DNA of 64,000 nt. It comes from an uncultured virus (IMG/VR IMGVR_UViG_3300002125_000001). Its lineage: Duplodnaviria > Heunggongvirae > Uroviricota > Caudoviricetes. The stretch is from IMG/VR virus record IMGVR_UViG_3300002125_000001; one strand, 5' to 3'. Every line of letters begins with the position of its first letter. Position 1 is the first letter of the stretch. This document shows positions 40,423 to 49,747 of this stretch, piece after piece. The notes beneath the pieces were generated by a model, which worked only from the letters and a program-made list of their open reading frames with translations, searched no databases and was not told the origin of the DNA. The position numbers were made by a program, and so were the translations under genes.

Positions 40423-40478
40423 AATATGTCCCTTTCAAAAAGAGTAACAAACGCAAACGTCTACGGTATGCCGGATTT

Positions 40479-41588
40479 TCATTCATTTCCCGCCTTGAAA
40501 TTATACAACGGTTTTATTATTTTGACAACTTCCATCGTATCGCGGCTGTTCTCGATAATCTCGTTCATCGGCTTGTACGCCTGCGGTGCCTCGTCAATAG
40601 TCGCCCGGTTCACGGTGGACGAACAGATTCCTTTCATCGATTTCTCGTATTCGATTAGCGTGATCTTTTCCTTCGCCTCTTTGCGGCTCATTACACGCCC
40701 GGCACCGTGCGGAGCCGAAAAGTTCCAATTGGCGTTCCCCTTCCCTACGCAAAGGAGGCTACCGTCCCGCATATTCATAGGCACCAATATACAGTCGCCG
40801 CTTCGGGCCGATACCGCACCTTTTCGTAAGATCATCGCATCCAAATCAATGTAATTGTGTACGACGGAAAACGTATCGACGATCTTGAACTTCGCCTGTT
40901 TTGATATGTCGCGGGCAATGGCCCGTCGGTTTAAGTCGGCGTATTGTTGGACGATGCCCATATCATGTAAATAATCGGACATCGGGGAGCCTTCCAAGTA
41001 GGCCAGTGCCCTATCGTCGCCTTCCTTTGTCCGACCCAACGTGTCGGCGGCCACGTTCTGATAATAGTCGCAAACCTGTTTGCCCAGATTGCGACTTCCG
41101 GAATGGACAATCAAATAGAGCTGTCCGTCATCGTCTTGCCCCAATTCAATAAAATGGTTCCCTCCGCCGAGCGTGCCCATTGAATGGGACGCACGGTGTA
41201 AATCGACGTGTTTTACGCATTTCAATTCAAATAAATCAATATCCTCGTTGAAATGATGCGGATCGTGTCGGGTGTTAAAACCAGCGGGTATGTTTTTTAT
41301 AATCGCCTTGTCGAGTTGGTTTGGATCGACCCGTTTCTCCTTTATCAACGCGACGAACATCCCGCAACAACCGTCCGTCCCCACTAAATTGGGGACAATC
41401 TTATCCGTAATCGTCATGGTCATTCCGACCGTACCGACCTGCCCGCTGTGGACATCGGGCATTACGCGGATTTGGCTTCCTTCGACAAATGGCTGGTTCA
41501 GGATATGCCGAATCTGCGCAATTGCGCCGGGTTCGGTGGTATCCGTGAATATCTTTGCCGTATTGTATGTTCCTTGTAATTCAATCAT
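40479..41588 (-). CDS. rtcB: RtcB RNA ligase
   Basis: MPDVHSG, VGTDGCCG, GTLGGGNHFIE, VHSGSRNLG, HNYID..ILRKGA, SAPHGAGRVMSR, DEAPQAYK. Confidence 0.95.
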   Translation of the reverse strand: MIELQGTYNTAKIFTDTTEPGAIAQIRHILNQPFVEGSQIRVMPDVHSGQVGTVGMTMTITDKIVPNLVGTDGCCGMFVALIKEKRVDPNQLDKAIIKNIPAGFNTRHDPHHFNEDIDLFELKCVKHVDLHRASHSMGTLGGGNHFIELGQDDDGQLYLIVHSGSRNLGKQVCDYYQNVAADTLGRTKEGDDRALAYLEGSPMSDYLHDMGIVQQYADLNRRAIARDISKQAKFKIVDTFSVVHNYIDLDAMILRKGAVSARSGDCILVPMNMRDGSLLCVGKGNANWNFSAPHGAGRVMSRKEAKEKITLIEYEKSMKGICSSTVNRATIDEAPQAYKPMNEIIENSRDTMEVVKIIKPLYNFKAGNE

Positions 41589-41775
41589 TGTTTTTCATTC
41601 TGTGCTTGTCGCCTTTCGGTTTTGGGACGCTCTTGTTCGGTTCCGTTTTGTTCGTTTATCCTCATGCGTGCCTGCACCGCCACATCGTGGCGAATGTCCG
41701 GTCCGCTTTTTGACCTTTATAATGAGTATGCAAGTTTTCTTCTTCTTCTTTTTCATTTTTATTTTTTTTTCAAAA

Positions 41776-41848
41776 TAGGCGATGCAGGGATCGAACCTGC
41801 GACCTACGGATTATGAGTCCGCAGCTCTAACCGCTGAGCTAATCGCCT
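41776..41848 (-). tRNA. tRNA with CAT anticodon (Ile2-lysidine type or elongator Met); CCA not encoded
   Basis: AGGCGAT/ATCGCCT acceptor stem, TAGCTCAGCGGTTAGAGC D arm, GCGGA-CTCATAA-TCCGT anticodon arm, GCAGGTTCGATCCCTGC T arm. Confidence 0.92.
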
Positions 41849-41971
41849 TTTTCCAGTTGCTTCTTTGCTTGTTGTCGTTCGCGTTTCTTCTGCGGACGGT
41901 AAACAGACTGTCTCGTTTCTTTTGACCAACGCTTTTTCCAGTACGATTTAGTAGCGTCATTTCCGTATGGC

Positions 41972-42397
41972 CTAATTTTTGTTCGTAATCTCATTCTTCG
42001 CTATCTCGAATTTTTTGAAGTCTTGCGCGTCAAACAACAATTCCAAGTCCCACCAATAAAATTCAAAAACATACCCGCATTCAAACCGTGATGTTTGCGC
42101 CTTATAGTATTCCACATTTTGAATGTTTTGTTGATTGGCGTTTTGAAAAAACGGGCAGTAAGAACGCGGTATCCGGTAAGTTGCAAATGATGTACTTATA
42201 ACAAAATCAGTATCCGTTACTGAATGTACTTTTATCAAGGCATTTCGACGGTTGTTTTTCCCTCTGATTTTTTTTCTCGACGGGAAAAGCCTGTCGGGGG
42301 CGTTTTTAATCCGCTTCTTTATGCGCGTTATCTTTCGTCGATTGTTCATTTTTACTAAACTAAAGGAAGGGAATGATCTGGGTTGTTTTCGTTCCAA
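41972..42397 (-). CDS. DUF2442-like antitoxin-type protein
   Basis: YRIPRSYCPFFQNANQQNIQNVE...FYWWDLELLF resembles the DUF2442 pattern P..fP.L..At.....nve....ihWpdLD; true start uncertain. Confidence 0.55.
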   Translation of the reverse strand: MERKQPRSFPSFSLVKMNNRRKITRIKKRIKNAPDRLFPSRKKIRGKNNRRNALIKVHSVTDTDFVISTSFATYRIPRSYCPFFQNANQQNIQNVEYYKAQTSRFECGYVFEFYWWDLELLFDAQDFKKFEIAKNEITNKN

Positions 42398-42486
42398 TTT
42401 TCAATGTATTTATTCGGGTTATTCGCCATGTCCATTTGAACCGCCTTAATGATGTCTTTATCCACTCTTGTGGGTTCCATCAACAT
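42355..42486 (-). pseudogene. short ORF resembling the C-terminal remnant of a DUF4160-like protein
   Basis: MLMEPTRVDKDIIKAVQMDMANNPNKYIENWNEN compared with IVSDIKKHIKKNRNGFVKDWQDE in 46172..46609; lies directly upstream of the DUF2442-like gene. Confidence 0.35.
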
Positions 42487-42647
42487 GCGGCTACTTAAAA
42501 GCAATCGAGTTAATCATCTTTTACGTGCCTGGGATTCGCGGTCCGCCAACGGTCAGCCGCCTTTTCGTACTTTTTAACAAATTTTCGTCAAAACGCAACC
42601 GATCAAAACTGCCCGACGCAACAAAACCCCGCCACGTGGCGGGATCG

Positions 42648-43118
42648 TTACGCCCAATAGGTCAAACTTGTTCCAGGTATCCGTCGCAGGTCCCAATTTT
42701 TCGTCGGCCGATCAAACAAATCTTCGACCTTGTTACATTGCGGGCAGGAATCGTCTTCGCAGGGCCAGCAATGCCCGCAAATCTCACAATGGTTATGCAG
42801 ACATTCCGGGCATGTCAGCCATTCGTCTTCCGGTTCAAAAGCATATCTACAATTTTTGCACATCATTTTAACGTCGATACACTCGGACGTATGCGGCTTT
42901 GGTTTTTCGGCAACTATTACAATCATGTCGATTCTCCTTTTATTATTTTGATTTCTTTTCGTATATTCATTGTTTGAAACAATCGGCACAGAGCAGGTAA
43001 GGGGGTCGGGGCAACTACAAAGACCGGGCAGGGCTTCGCACCAGGCGCACCGGTAAGTATCATCGCATCGAACATATCTAGGCATCTGCGTCTCCTTTCT
43101 GGTTTTGTATTTATGCAA
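42648..43118 (-). CDS. Cys-rich Zn-finger protein
   Basis: Multiple CxxC motifs. Confidence 0.55.
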   Translation of the reverse strand: MHKYKTRKETQMPRYVRCDDTYRCAWCEALPGLCSCPDPLTCSVPIVSNNEYTKRNQNNKRRIDMIVIVAEKPKPHTSECIDVKMMCKNCRYAFEPEDEWLTCPECLHNHCEICGHCWPCEDDSCPQCNKVEDLFDRPTKNWDLRRIPGTSLTYWA

Positions 43119-43366
43119 ACAATTTCACGCGGGGAACGCAAACAACGCGGCCTTCCGGGCCTGGGACGATCCTCAATTTATCCTTCGATACCCACCCAAA
43201 TCCGCGTATGTAAATATGAAGGGTCGTCATATCGTCGATAACGCTAAACGTATCAAACGGTATGTGATTCTTTGTTTTTTCGGTTATGAGTATCTCTTTC
43301 CCGATTTCAAACGTTTCTCTTTTCATTTCTATTTCTCCTATTTGAAAATGTGCGGTGTAACAACGT

Positions 43367-43597
43367 TCAGTTAAAAACAATAACATCCCATTCCGACGTA
43401 TTGTATTTATTGGCCTTCTTTTCAAGCCGGATAACGCCGTCTTCAACAAGTTGCGAAATATGCGTTTTGAACTGGCGCCGCGTCCAACCGAAGTAAGCCA
43501 TACCCAAGAGGTAAACGTCGTATTCAAACAGGGCGAATCCGCCGTTTGAAAGATGTTCGCAAGCCTTTACGAACTGCGTCAAAAGTGTGTTTTGCAT
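43367..43597 (-). CDS. small hypothetical protein, possibly winged helix
   Basis: AGGAG RBS; ISQLVEDGVIRL. Confidence 0.5.
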   Translation of the reverse strand: MQNTLLTQFVKACEHLSNGGFALFEYDVYLLGMAYFGWTRRQFKTHISQLVEDGVIRLEKKANKYNTSEWDVIVFN

Positions 43598-43717
43598 CGT
43601 CCCGATCTCCTATTGAAAAAGGTCTTGAACTTGCGGGGATCGTTCCCCGCACCTGTTTTTCAATAGATTCGTAGAGCAAGTTTTCAGGCAACTATGCAAA
43701 ACATTACAAAGAAGTTT

Positions 43718-43957
43718 TTAATCAATAAGCAACTTTATCTTATCAGCAACTTCCTTTCCGTAATGTTCGGCCAACAGCGAATACATTGAATGCCCGGCTT
43801 CCTCATAGTTACCGTGTTGTTCATGTAGCCATTTATCGAACTTGTACGGGTCTAAAAACGGTCTGCCCGTCAGCCACGAGAGCATACCGTCAAGGAAATT
43901 GCATATTTGCATATCGAACGTATCCCTAAAAAATTTGATCGCTTCCTGGTGAGACAT
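43718..43957 (-). CDS. hypothetical phage protein
   Basis: 79-aa ORF downstream of a promoter-like motif. Confidence 0.55.
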   Translation of the reverse strand: MSHQEAIKFFRDTFDMQICNFLDGMLSWLTGRPFLDPYKFDKWLHEQHGNYEEAGHSMYSLLAEHYGKEVADKIKLLID

Positions 43958-44037
43958 ACGCCAATTCCCGTTCTAAAAAAAATACAAGTTAAATCAAAAA
44001 AAAACTTCCAACTAAGTATGCCGGATTATAACGCGAA

Positions 44038-44799
44038 TCAATTTGTTTTTTCTTTTTCGGCGTTCTTTTCGGCAAGCCACGCGAAGTATTCATCGGGGCT
44101 ACTGAACTGTATTTGGCCTGCCTTCGGGGTGGGGAGCGGGGCCGAGTTTGCGTCTTTCCTGGTCTTGTTCGCCAGCTTATTCAATTCTTCAAGATGCGCT
44201 ATTTCTTCGGGCAACAAGCGTAGCATCCAATGTATTTGATAACTCGTCAAATCAAGAATTTGGTCAACCGTCCAACCGTACTTTTCGGCCAACCCTTTGA
44301 AGATACGGGCCACGTTTTCGTCAGGAGTCGATTCGACACGCGGACTATCACTCTCAGGCTGCGGCGGATCGGGCGGGAGCGGGCAAAAAGTAGCTTGTTG
44401 CATCTCCGCGAGGAGCAACCGCGAGGTTTCGGAGATGCCGTTCGGAAAAAACAGCTTTTTTAGCTTTGCATCGGCCCACGCTGGTGCGTCGCGGATAAGC
44501 AACTTAATAAAACGAACCAAATAATCAATATGAGAATATAAAAACTCATGGCCGATACCTACTTGGAAATCAAAGTCTTCGATTTTATTCAACGCAAGAT
44601 CAACAAACTCGGCACGTTCGCTTTCGGGCACCAACTTAATCTGATCGTCAAACTGTTTGGCATACTTGTATTTAAGCCACGTATTGAAATCAATAAGATC
44701 GCGTTGTCGCAAAGGGTATACCCATAGCGTATGCCGGTCCAATTCGTAGGGGACCGGCGATTGCGACATAGCCGATTTGTGCGTGTACGGTAAGATCAT
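44038..44799 (-). CDS. putative tail assembly chaperone with gpT-like C-terminal motif
   Basis: C-terminal LAEKYGWTVDQILDLTSYQI resembles gpT/GT chaperone tails; paralog of 38206..38856. Confidence 0.55.
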   Translation of the reverse strand: MILPYTHKSAMSQSPVPYELDRHTLWVYPLRQRDLIDFNTWLKYKYAKQFDDQIKLVPESERAEFVDLALNKIEDFDFQVGIGHEFLYSHIDYLVRFIKLLIRDAPAWADAKLKKLFFPNGISETSRLLLAEMQQATFCPLPPDPPQPESDSPRVESTPDENVARIFKGLAEKYGWTVDQILDLTSYQIHWMLRLLPEEIAHLEELNKLANKTRKDANSAPLPTPKAGQIQFSSPDEYFAWLAEKNAEKEKTN

Positions 44800-44862
44800 G
44801 TGAATTGAAAACGATTCATTTACCGTATGTATGCCAGAACGCGCCAGAAATTCAAGAACAAA

Positions 44863-45312
44863 TTAGCATCTTCGCCGGGGGAAACGCGCCGGGACCGCCT
44901 GCAGGGTAGGGACAAACGATTGTCGGCCCTGCAATGCCAATTCCGTATCCGCCATGCGCTGGGCAAGGCAGTTATTCGGATCGAGCAGCATCGCCTGCTG
45001 CCCGTGCAAAGAACCTCGAAGGAACGCATCGGTAGTCATAGCATACGCCTCGCTGGCCGCGCCGACCGATTTTGAGGTAACAACGCCGGTAGATACCTGG
45101 AACTGGTGCGCCGCTAGATAAAGCGTAATCGCCTCGATCTGCTCAGGCGTATAATTTGCCATACACCCGTTCAAAATACTTGTCTGGACCATAAGCGACG
45201 CGGTTTTGATAGCCATATCCAACGTCGCGTCGGCGGTCGGCGGTATGTTCGGGTACACCTCCCGTACTTTTCCGTGCGTTGTGTAGGGCGGGGTCATGTC
45301 TTTCGGTGCCAT
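44863..45312 (-). CDS. head-tail adaptor (DUF4054-like)
   Basis: YLAAHQF...VTSKSVGAASEAY...LRGSLHGQQAMLLD. Confidence 0.8.
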   Translation of the reverse strand: MAPKDMTPPYTTHGKVREVYPNIPPTADATLDMAIKTASLMVQTSILNGCMANYTPEQIEAITLYLAAHQFQVSTGVVTSKSVGAASEAYAMTTDAFLRGSLHGQQAMLLDPNNCLAQRMADTELALQGRQSFVPTLQAVPARFPRRRC

Positions 45313-45342
45313 TGCTGCTATATTGTATGATTGGTTATTGTC

Positions 45343-45705
45343 CTATTTTTTCCGTTTCAATGCCTCGCGCACTTGGCTATCCTGTTCGTCGGCGATTTCG
45401 TAGGCAACGGTATCGTTCGCGTTGTGCGCATCCCGCAGCTGAATCCTAAAAAAATTGACGAGTTTATTCAAATCATCAACGCTATAGGCGGCGTACTCTT
45501 TGATGTTTTGTTCTCTTTCGCTTACCAATTTCTTCAGGTCCTCGGAACCGACGGCACCCTGAAAACTAAGCGTCCAGTCCAATTTTCCTTTTGGTTCCCG
45601 CATCGAGGGTAGCGGACCAACCGGGACGGGCATCGCCGCGTTAAATGAGGCATTAGCGCATTGTTGCAAATGCTCAAACTGTGATATGTCTGCCAATTTT
45701 TTCAT
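45343..45705 (-). CDS. class A leader + unknown cargo
   Basis: MKKLADISQFEHLQQCANASFN. Confidence 0.75.
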   Translation of the reverse strand: MKKLADISQFEHLQQCANASFNAAMPVPVGPLPSMREPKGKLDWTLSFQGAVGSEDLKKLVSEREQNIKEYAAYSVDDLNKLVNFFRIQLRDAHNANDTVAYEIADEQDSQVREALKRKK

Positions 45706-45735
45706 TGTGATTCCACTAAAAATTACGCACGTCCG

Positions 45736-46209
45736 TCATATAACAAATGAATCTTGGCTGTCGTTCCAATGCCGCCTATCAATATAATTTACGGATAATT
45801 CCAAACCTGCGATAGTACAAACAAAGTGGTGTCCGCAATGATCCGTATGCGTATCCCAATGATAACCAAGCGATATTAAATCATCAACCAGGGCCATTTC
45901 AAATTCCAACAATTTGTGTTTTGGTCGTCGCCATAGTTTAGAAAGTAGCACAAAACCTGGATTTCCACGTCGTCCCAACGCGGCATAGTATAGCCCTTTA
46001 GTTAGCCAACATATAGGATTTAATTTGTTCAAAACATACGGCAATTTGAAATTGAATTCTAAACCGTAGTCTAAAACCACAAATCGAAAAAACAAACCTA
46101 AAAACGCCAACTTAATTGCGACGTTAATCACGCTATGCCTACTGTACCACCATTCTTTTAAACTGTCCATTCTAATCCTCTCGTAACAGCTGTTGCCTTG
46201 CCTGCTCAT
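45736..46209 (-). CDS. partner of the DUF4160-cargo ORF, with a hydrophobic segment
   Basis: Overlaps the 3' end of 46172..46609. Confidence 0.5.
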   Translation of the reverse strand: MSRQGNSCYERIRMDSLKEWWYSRHSVINVAIKLAFLGLFFRFVVLDYGLEFNFKLPYVLNKLNPICWLTKGLYYAALGRRGNPGFVLLSKLWRRPKHKLLEFEMALVDDLISLGYHWDTHTDHCGHHFVCTIAGLELSVNYIDRRHWNDSQDSFVI

Positions 46210-46609
46210 CTTGCCAATCTTTTACAAAACCATTTCTGTTCTTTTTAATGTGTTTTTTGATGTCGCTTACAATAGGGGCAGGTATGCCATTATTTTCGGC
46301 CAACTCGACAACGGCCTGACCATTGTATTCAAGCCAAAATTTTGCTTTTCCTTCCGGCGTATAGACGTGAACGTGCATAGGTTCTGTTCTGCCGCCATGC
46401 TGTTCTTCGTCAACGTAAACAGAAAATGAAAAACCACGAAATGGCGGCGTATTCTTTGATTTGGGCGACATATTGCCGACAACGGCACTTTGAAATGCAC
46501 CTGACAACTTGGAAACTGCCGCACCATCATTAAACATGGACATTTCGCTTCGAGGCATATCCCAGTTCCCCAACGATTCAAACATTGATATATCAGCCAA
46601 CCTTTCCAT
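46172..46609 (-). CDS. class A leader fused to a DUF4160-like domain
   Basis: MERLADISMFESL...MSMFN...AFQ..VGN|MSP; cargo GFSFSVY..E.H...EPMHVHV....GKAKFWL...VELAENNG...W. Confidence 0.8.
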   Translation of the reverse strand: MERLADISMFESLGNWDMPRSEMSMFNDGAAVSKLSGAFQSAVVGNMSPKSKNTPPFRGFSFSVYVDEEQHGGRTEPMHVHVYTPEGKAKFWLEYNGQAVVELAENNGIPAPIVSDIKKHIKKNRNGFVKDWQDEQARQQLLRED

Positions 46610-46641
46610 TATTCTATCTTTCTTCGTGATTCGGCGAGTTG

Positions 46642-47025
46642 TTACTCTTGGAGATACCTACGATTCCATGATTCGCATATACGTCTTAGAGATTCTTTGA
46701 AATCTTCTTCATCGTCTTCCGCATACCATGTTACTGTTTGCATACCGCATTCTGGATTGCTGCAACTAGCGTATAATCCATGAGGATTTATTGTAAATTC
46801 CACGCCGTAAGTGCCATCTTCTTTTTTCACGCTTCGTCCACCATTTTTTCCGGGATAAAAGGCGTATTCAATACGAGGCTTTTCCTGCCCACAATTTGCG
46901 CACGGTAACAATGAAACCTCAAACGGTTCTATTAACGCTAGAATTTCGGCTTCATTTTCCAACATGCAGGCATAAAAACAAGCGGCAGAACCGGGCTTGA
47001 ATTCTGGGGTCAATTTACTATTCAC
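46642..47025 (-). CDS. Lar-like Zn-finger partner protein
   Basis: LLPCANCG...CSNPECGMQT...WNRR. Confidence 0.7.
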   Translation of the reverse strand: MNSKLTPEFKPGSAACFYACMLENEAEILALIEPFEVSLLPCANCGQEKPRIEYAFYPGKNGGRSVKKEDGTYGVEFTINPHGLYASCSNPECGMQTVTWYAEDDEEDFKESLRRICESWNRRYLQE

Positions 47026-47422
47026 AGCTCACCTCTTCATTTTCAAATTTTACCAAACCTTCTATACTGTCGCCCCAAGTAGAACCGGAACGAACGCGGT
47101 TTATGTATTGTAACGCCTCTGCCCGGTCCGTAAAAGGCGATCCTTGTACAACAAATGAATCTTCCATCGGGTTATCTGGGTTTGTCGCAATTATATCCAA
47201 ACCTTTGCCTTCCGGATTTTTTCGTAACGAAAATTTATACTGTTTTCCGGTCATCTTGCTTTTAGGCTTACTAAAATTTGGCGACATACTATCTACGATG
47301 GCATCTTGAAAAATCTCCGACAGGCGAGCAACCGCACCACTATTAAACATGGACATTTCGCTTCGAGGCATATCCTCGCTCCCCAACGATTCAAACATTG
47401 ATATATCTGCCAACTTTTCCAT
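47018..47422 (-). CDS. class A leader + cargo X homolog
   Basis: MEKLADISMFESLGSEDMPRSEMSMFN; leader DNA near-identical to 46521..46609. Confidence 0.75.
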   Translation of the reverse strand: MEKLADISMFESLGSEDMPRSEMSMFNSGAVARLSEIFQDAIVDSMSPNFSKPKSKMTGKQYKFSLRKNPEGKGLDIIATNPDNPMEDSFVVQGSPFTDRAEALQYINRVRSGSTWGDSIEGLVKFENEEVSCE

Positions 47423-47460
47423 AGCAGTATGCAAAAAAAGAAAAAATACTGATCAAAATT

Positions 47461-47991
47461 TTATTTCAATCCGGCCCGCACATTGTTGTCCATATCTTCA
47501 ATATCGTTTTTGAATGTTTCGTATGCCGCATCGAGGTCTTTGTCGCCGTTCTGCAATTGATCGAAAATTCTGTATTGTTTATCCGCCTCTTGCGACAACT
47601 TGGTATGCGAGTGCAAAAACGTACCCAACGAATCCAACATCCCCTGCTCGCCCTGGGCTACTTTTGCCAGTGTCTGTATCTCTTTTTTCGGTATACTGGG
47701 AAACTGTTTGACGACTGATTTAAGCGTCCGTTTACCCCCGTTCAATTCACGCAGGGCCGAATAGACCTTTTTGAATTCGGGTCCCGTCACGCCCCGGCTC
47801 TCAAACTGTCCCATAAACGCCTCTTTTTGCGCCCGGAAATCATCGCCCGCCTGTGCCGCCTCGTAATGGAACGGCTTTACTTTTTCAACGAACCCGTCCG
47901 ATAATTGCGAGTTGAAACACGACATGGGCGACATCATGCGTTGATTCGCGTGTGCCTGCAACGATTCAAATTGTGAAATATCTGCCTGCAT
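47461..47991 (-). CDS. class A leader + helical cargo
   Basis: MQADISQFESLQAHANQRMMSPMSCFN. Confidence 0.75.
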   Translation of the reverse strand: MQADISQFESLQAHANQRMMSPMSCFNSQLSDGFVEKVKPFHYEAAQAGDDFRAQKEAFMGQFESRGVTGPEFKKVYSALRELNGGKRTLKSVVKQFPSIPKKEIQTLAKVAQGEQGMLDSLGTFLHSHTKLSQEADKQYRIFDQLQNGDKDLDAAYETFKNDIEDMDNNVRAGLK

Positions 47992-47995
47992 TGTC

Positions 47996-48514
47996 TTACT
48001 TTTGTTGTGCGTAGTATTGCATCGCTTCCTCTTTGGTAGCGAATTTTGGCATTTCTTTTTTCGGTTGCGCCGTCCCGCCGGGCAATTCTACGGGTTTGAA
48101 AGCGTCGCCGCCCAACAGGTACGTATTGCCCAAAAACGACTTGGCTATCGCCGCCTGTTTTTTCATCAAGCGGTCATGCGCTTTCGGATCGTCTTTAACC
48201 TGTTCGCCTTCCTGTCGTATCTCGCGGCTAACTTCGCCGACCCCGGCTTTCATAGTATCGACCGCGTTATCGATTTCCGGGCGGATCGATTTGTATGTTT
48301 GCTGCGCCTGCCGCACTTCCTGCTCGTTTCGGGAATGCCAAATATCCTGCTGCGTTTCGTAGACTCCGCGCAAACCGCCTTTCAATATCTCATAGGCGCG
48401 GTCCATCGATTGGAGCGTCTGGTCCAATTCGGGCGAATTGAAGCATGACATAGCAGATACCCCGCCACGTGGCGGGGTATCCAATAATTCGTTAAATGAA
48501 TTTACAACTCGCAT
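47996..48514 (-). CDS. class B leader + helical cargo
   Basis: ATG at 48514: MRVVNSFNELLDTPPRGGVSAMSCFN; the palindrome lies inside the leader codons. Confidence 0.75.
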   Translation of the reverse strand: MRVVNSFNELLDTPPRGGVSAMSCFNSPELDQTLQSMDRAYEILKGGLRGVYETQQDIWHSRNEQEVRQAQQTYKSIRPEIDNAVDTMKAGVGEVSREIRQEGEQVKDDPKAHDRLMKKQAAIAKSFLGNTYLLGGDAFKPVELPGGTAQPKKEMPKFATKEEAMQYYAQQK

Positions 48515-48516
48515 GG

Positions 48517-48864
48517 TTATCTTTGGGCTATTGCCTGTTCTATCCGATCCAAACGAGTATTTGTATCGCTTTGCAACCGGAGTAGTTTTGCATCTACGTT
48601 TGCAAAACCGTTCTTTGTGGTGATTTCCAAATTGTCCATTCGGCTTTCTAATTTTCCAAACCGTTCGTCTATTTTTCCAAATCGCTCGTCCACCTGCTTC
48701 CTCCACTCAACCAATGGAAGATTACTCTGTATAGGCGTAGCTGAACTTATGGGACTTATGCCACTCGGCGCATTTTGCACAGGATTAAACGCCCCCAAAC
48801 CGGAAACAGGGGCACCCACGGCTCCCAACGATTCAAACATACCAATATCAGCGAGCTTTTCCAT
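48517..48864 (-). CDS. class A leader + coiled-coil cargo Y
   Basis: MEKLADIGMFESL...GAFNPVQN; cargo RMDNLEITTKNGFANVDAK. Confidence 0.75.
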   Translation of the reverse strand: MEKLADIGMFESLGAVGAPVSGLGAFNPVQNAPSGISPISSATPIQSNLPLVEWRKQVDERFGKIDERFGKLESRMDNLEITTKNGFANVDAKLLRLQSDTNTRLDRIEQAIAQR

Positions 48865-48869
48865 GTTTA

Positions 48870-49292
48870 TCACTTTCGTAAAAGTTGTTCCCGGTACGCT
48901 TGGTAGCTTTCGGGCGTTAGGTTCAGGTAACGGAGCATTTCCTGCGAAGGCGTCTCCGTTTTTCTAATCGCATCCTGTACTTGCAACATCCCCTTTTCGC
49001 GTGAGGCTCGTTCGGCGCCCCAATCGTCATACGGATCATCCTGCCGGTCCCCGGCGGCGTCGCCCGTAGCGAAATCGGGGTAGACCCGCTTGATCGTTTT
49101 GGCTACATCGCGTGGGTGCATCCGACCCCCGTCGTCCAAATAAGAGAGCATATCGGGCAGGGTAGTGCCCTGGAACGCGGCGTTTACGCTCACGGCGCGC
49201 AGGCTACGGTCATCAAACGTAAACATAGCGGGTATGCCAAATGCCGCGTTCTGTTGCGTCTGTAGCTGCGAAAATAGTGGGATACTGTCCAT
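48870..49292 (-). CDS. class C leader + unknown cargo
   Basis: 41-aa leader identical to that of 49748..50110. Confidence 0.75.
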   Translation of the reverse strand: MDSIPLFSQLQTQQNAAFGIPAMFTFDDRSLRAVSVNAAFQGTTLPDMLSYLDDGGRMHPRDVAKTIKRVYPDFATGDAAGDRQDDPYDDWGAERASREKGMLQVQDAIRKTETPSQEMLRYLNLTPESYQAYREQLLRK

Positions 49293-49330
49293 TTCAATTT
49301 ATAGGCGTTGACGTTACTACAACAGTATGA

Positions 49331-49729
49331 CTACTTACCTGTCCTTTTATTCCATGCGCTGCAGACGCGCCTTAACGCTTCTACAAAATCGTCTTCGGTA
49401 TCTTCGGCATTCCACACTCTTGTTTGGATTCGGCAATCTTCAATATCTGAGGGCGGATCAGTAGCAGCATTTCGGCAACACACAACATACAACTCATGCG
49501 GGCATTCCTTCATGGGGATTTCGCCGTTTGGTTGCAGCTGAGTTGGGAACATATTACCGGGGCGGTACATGTAATGTACATGCGGACGATCATTTCCGCA
49601 ATGCGCACAGGGCAGCAAGGTGGCATCAGCCTCGTTAATGAGGGTAGCTATTTCGGACTCGTTTTCAAGCTCGTACAAAAAACAACGAGTACGGCCATCA
49701 CAATTGCCTGTTTTTAGTTTTGTATTCAT
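49331..49729 (-). CDS. Lar-like Zn-finger partner protein
   Basis: LLPCAHCG...WNKR; N-terminus similar to 46642..47025; GAGG RBS. Confidence 0.7.
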   Translation of the reverse strand: MNTKLKTGNCDGRTRCFLYELENESEIATLINEADATLLPCAHCGNDRPHVHYMYRPGNMFPTQLQPNGEIPMKECPHELYVVCCRNAATDPPSDIEDCRIQTRVWNAEDTEDDFVEALRRVCSAWNKRTGK

Positions 49730-49747
49730 TATTGCACCTCATAAAAG

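Noticed and set aside
47996..48706. 236-aa ORF with start at 48706
   Set aside because: The first 64 codons overlap 48517..48864 in another frame; the conserved leader Met at 48514 is the better start.
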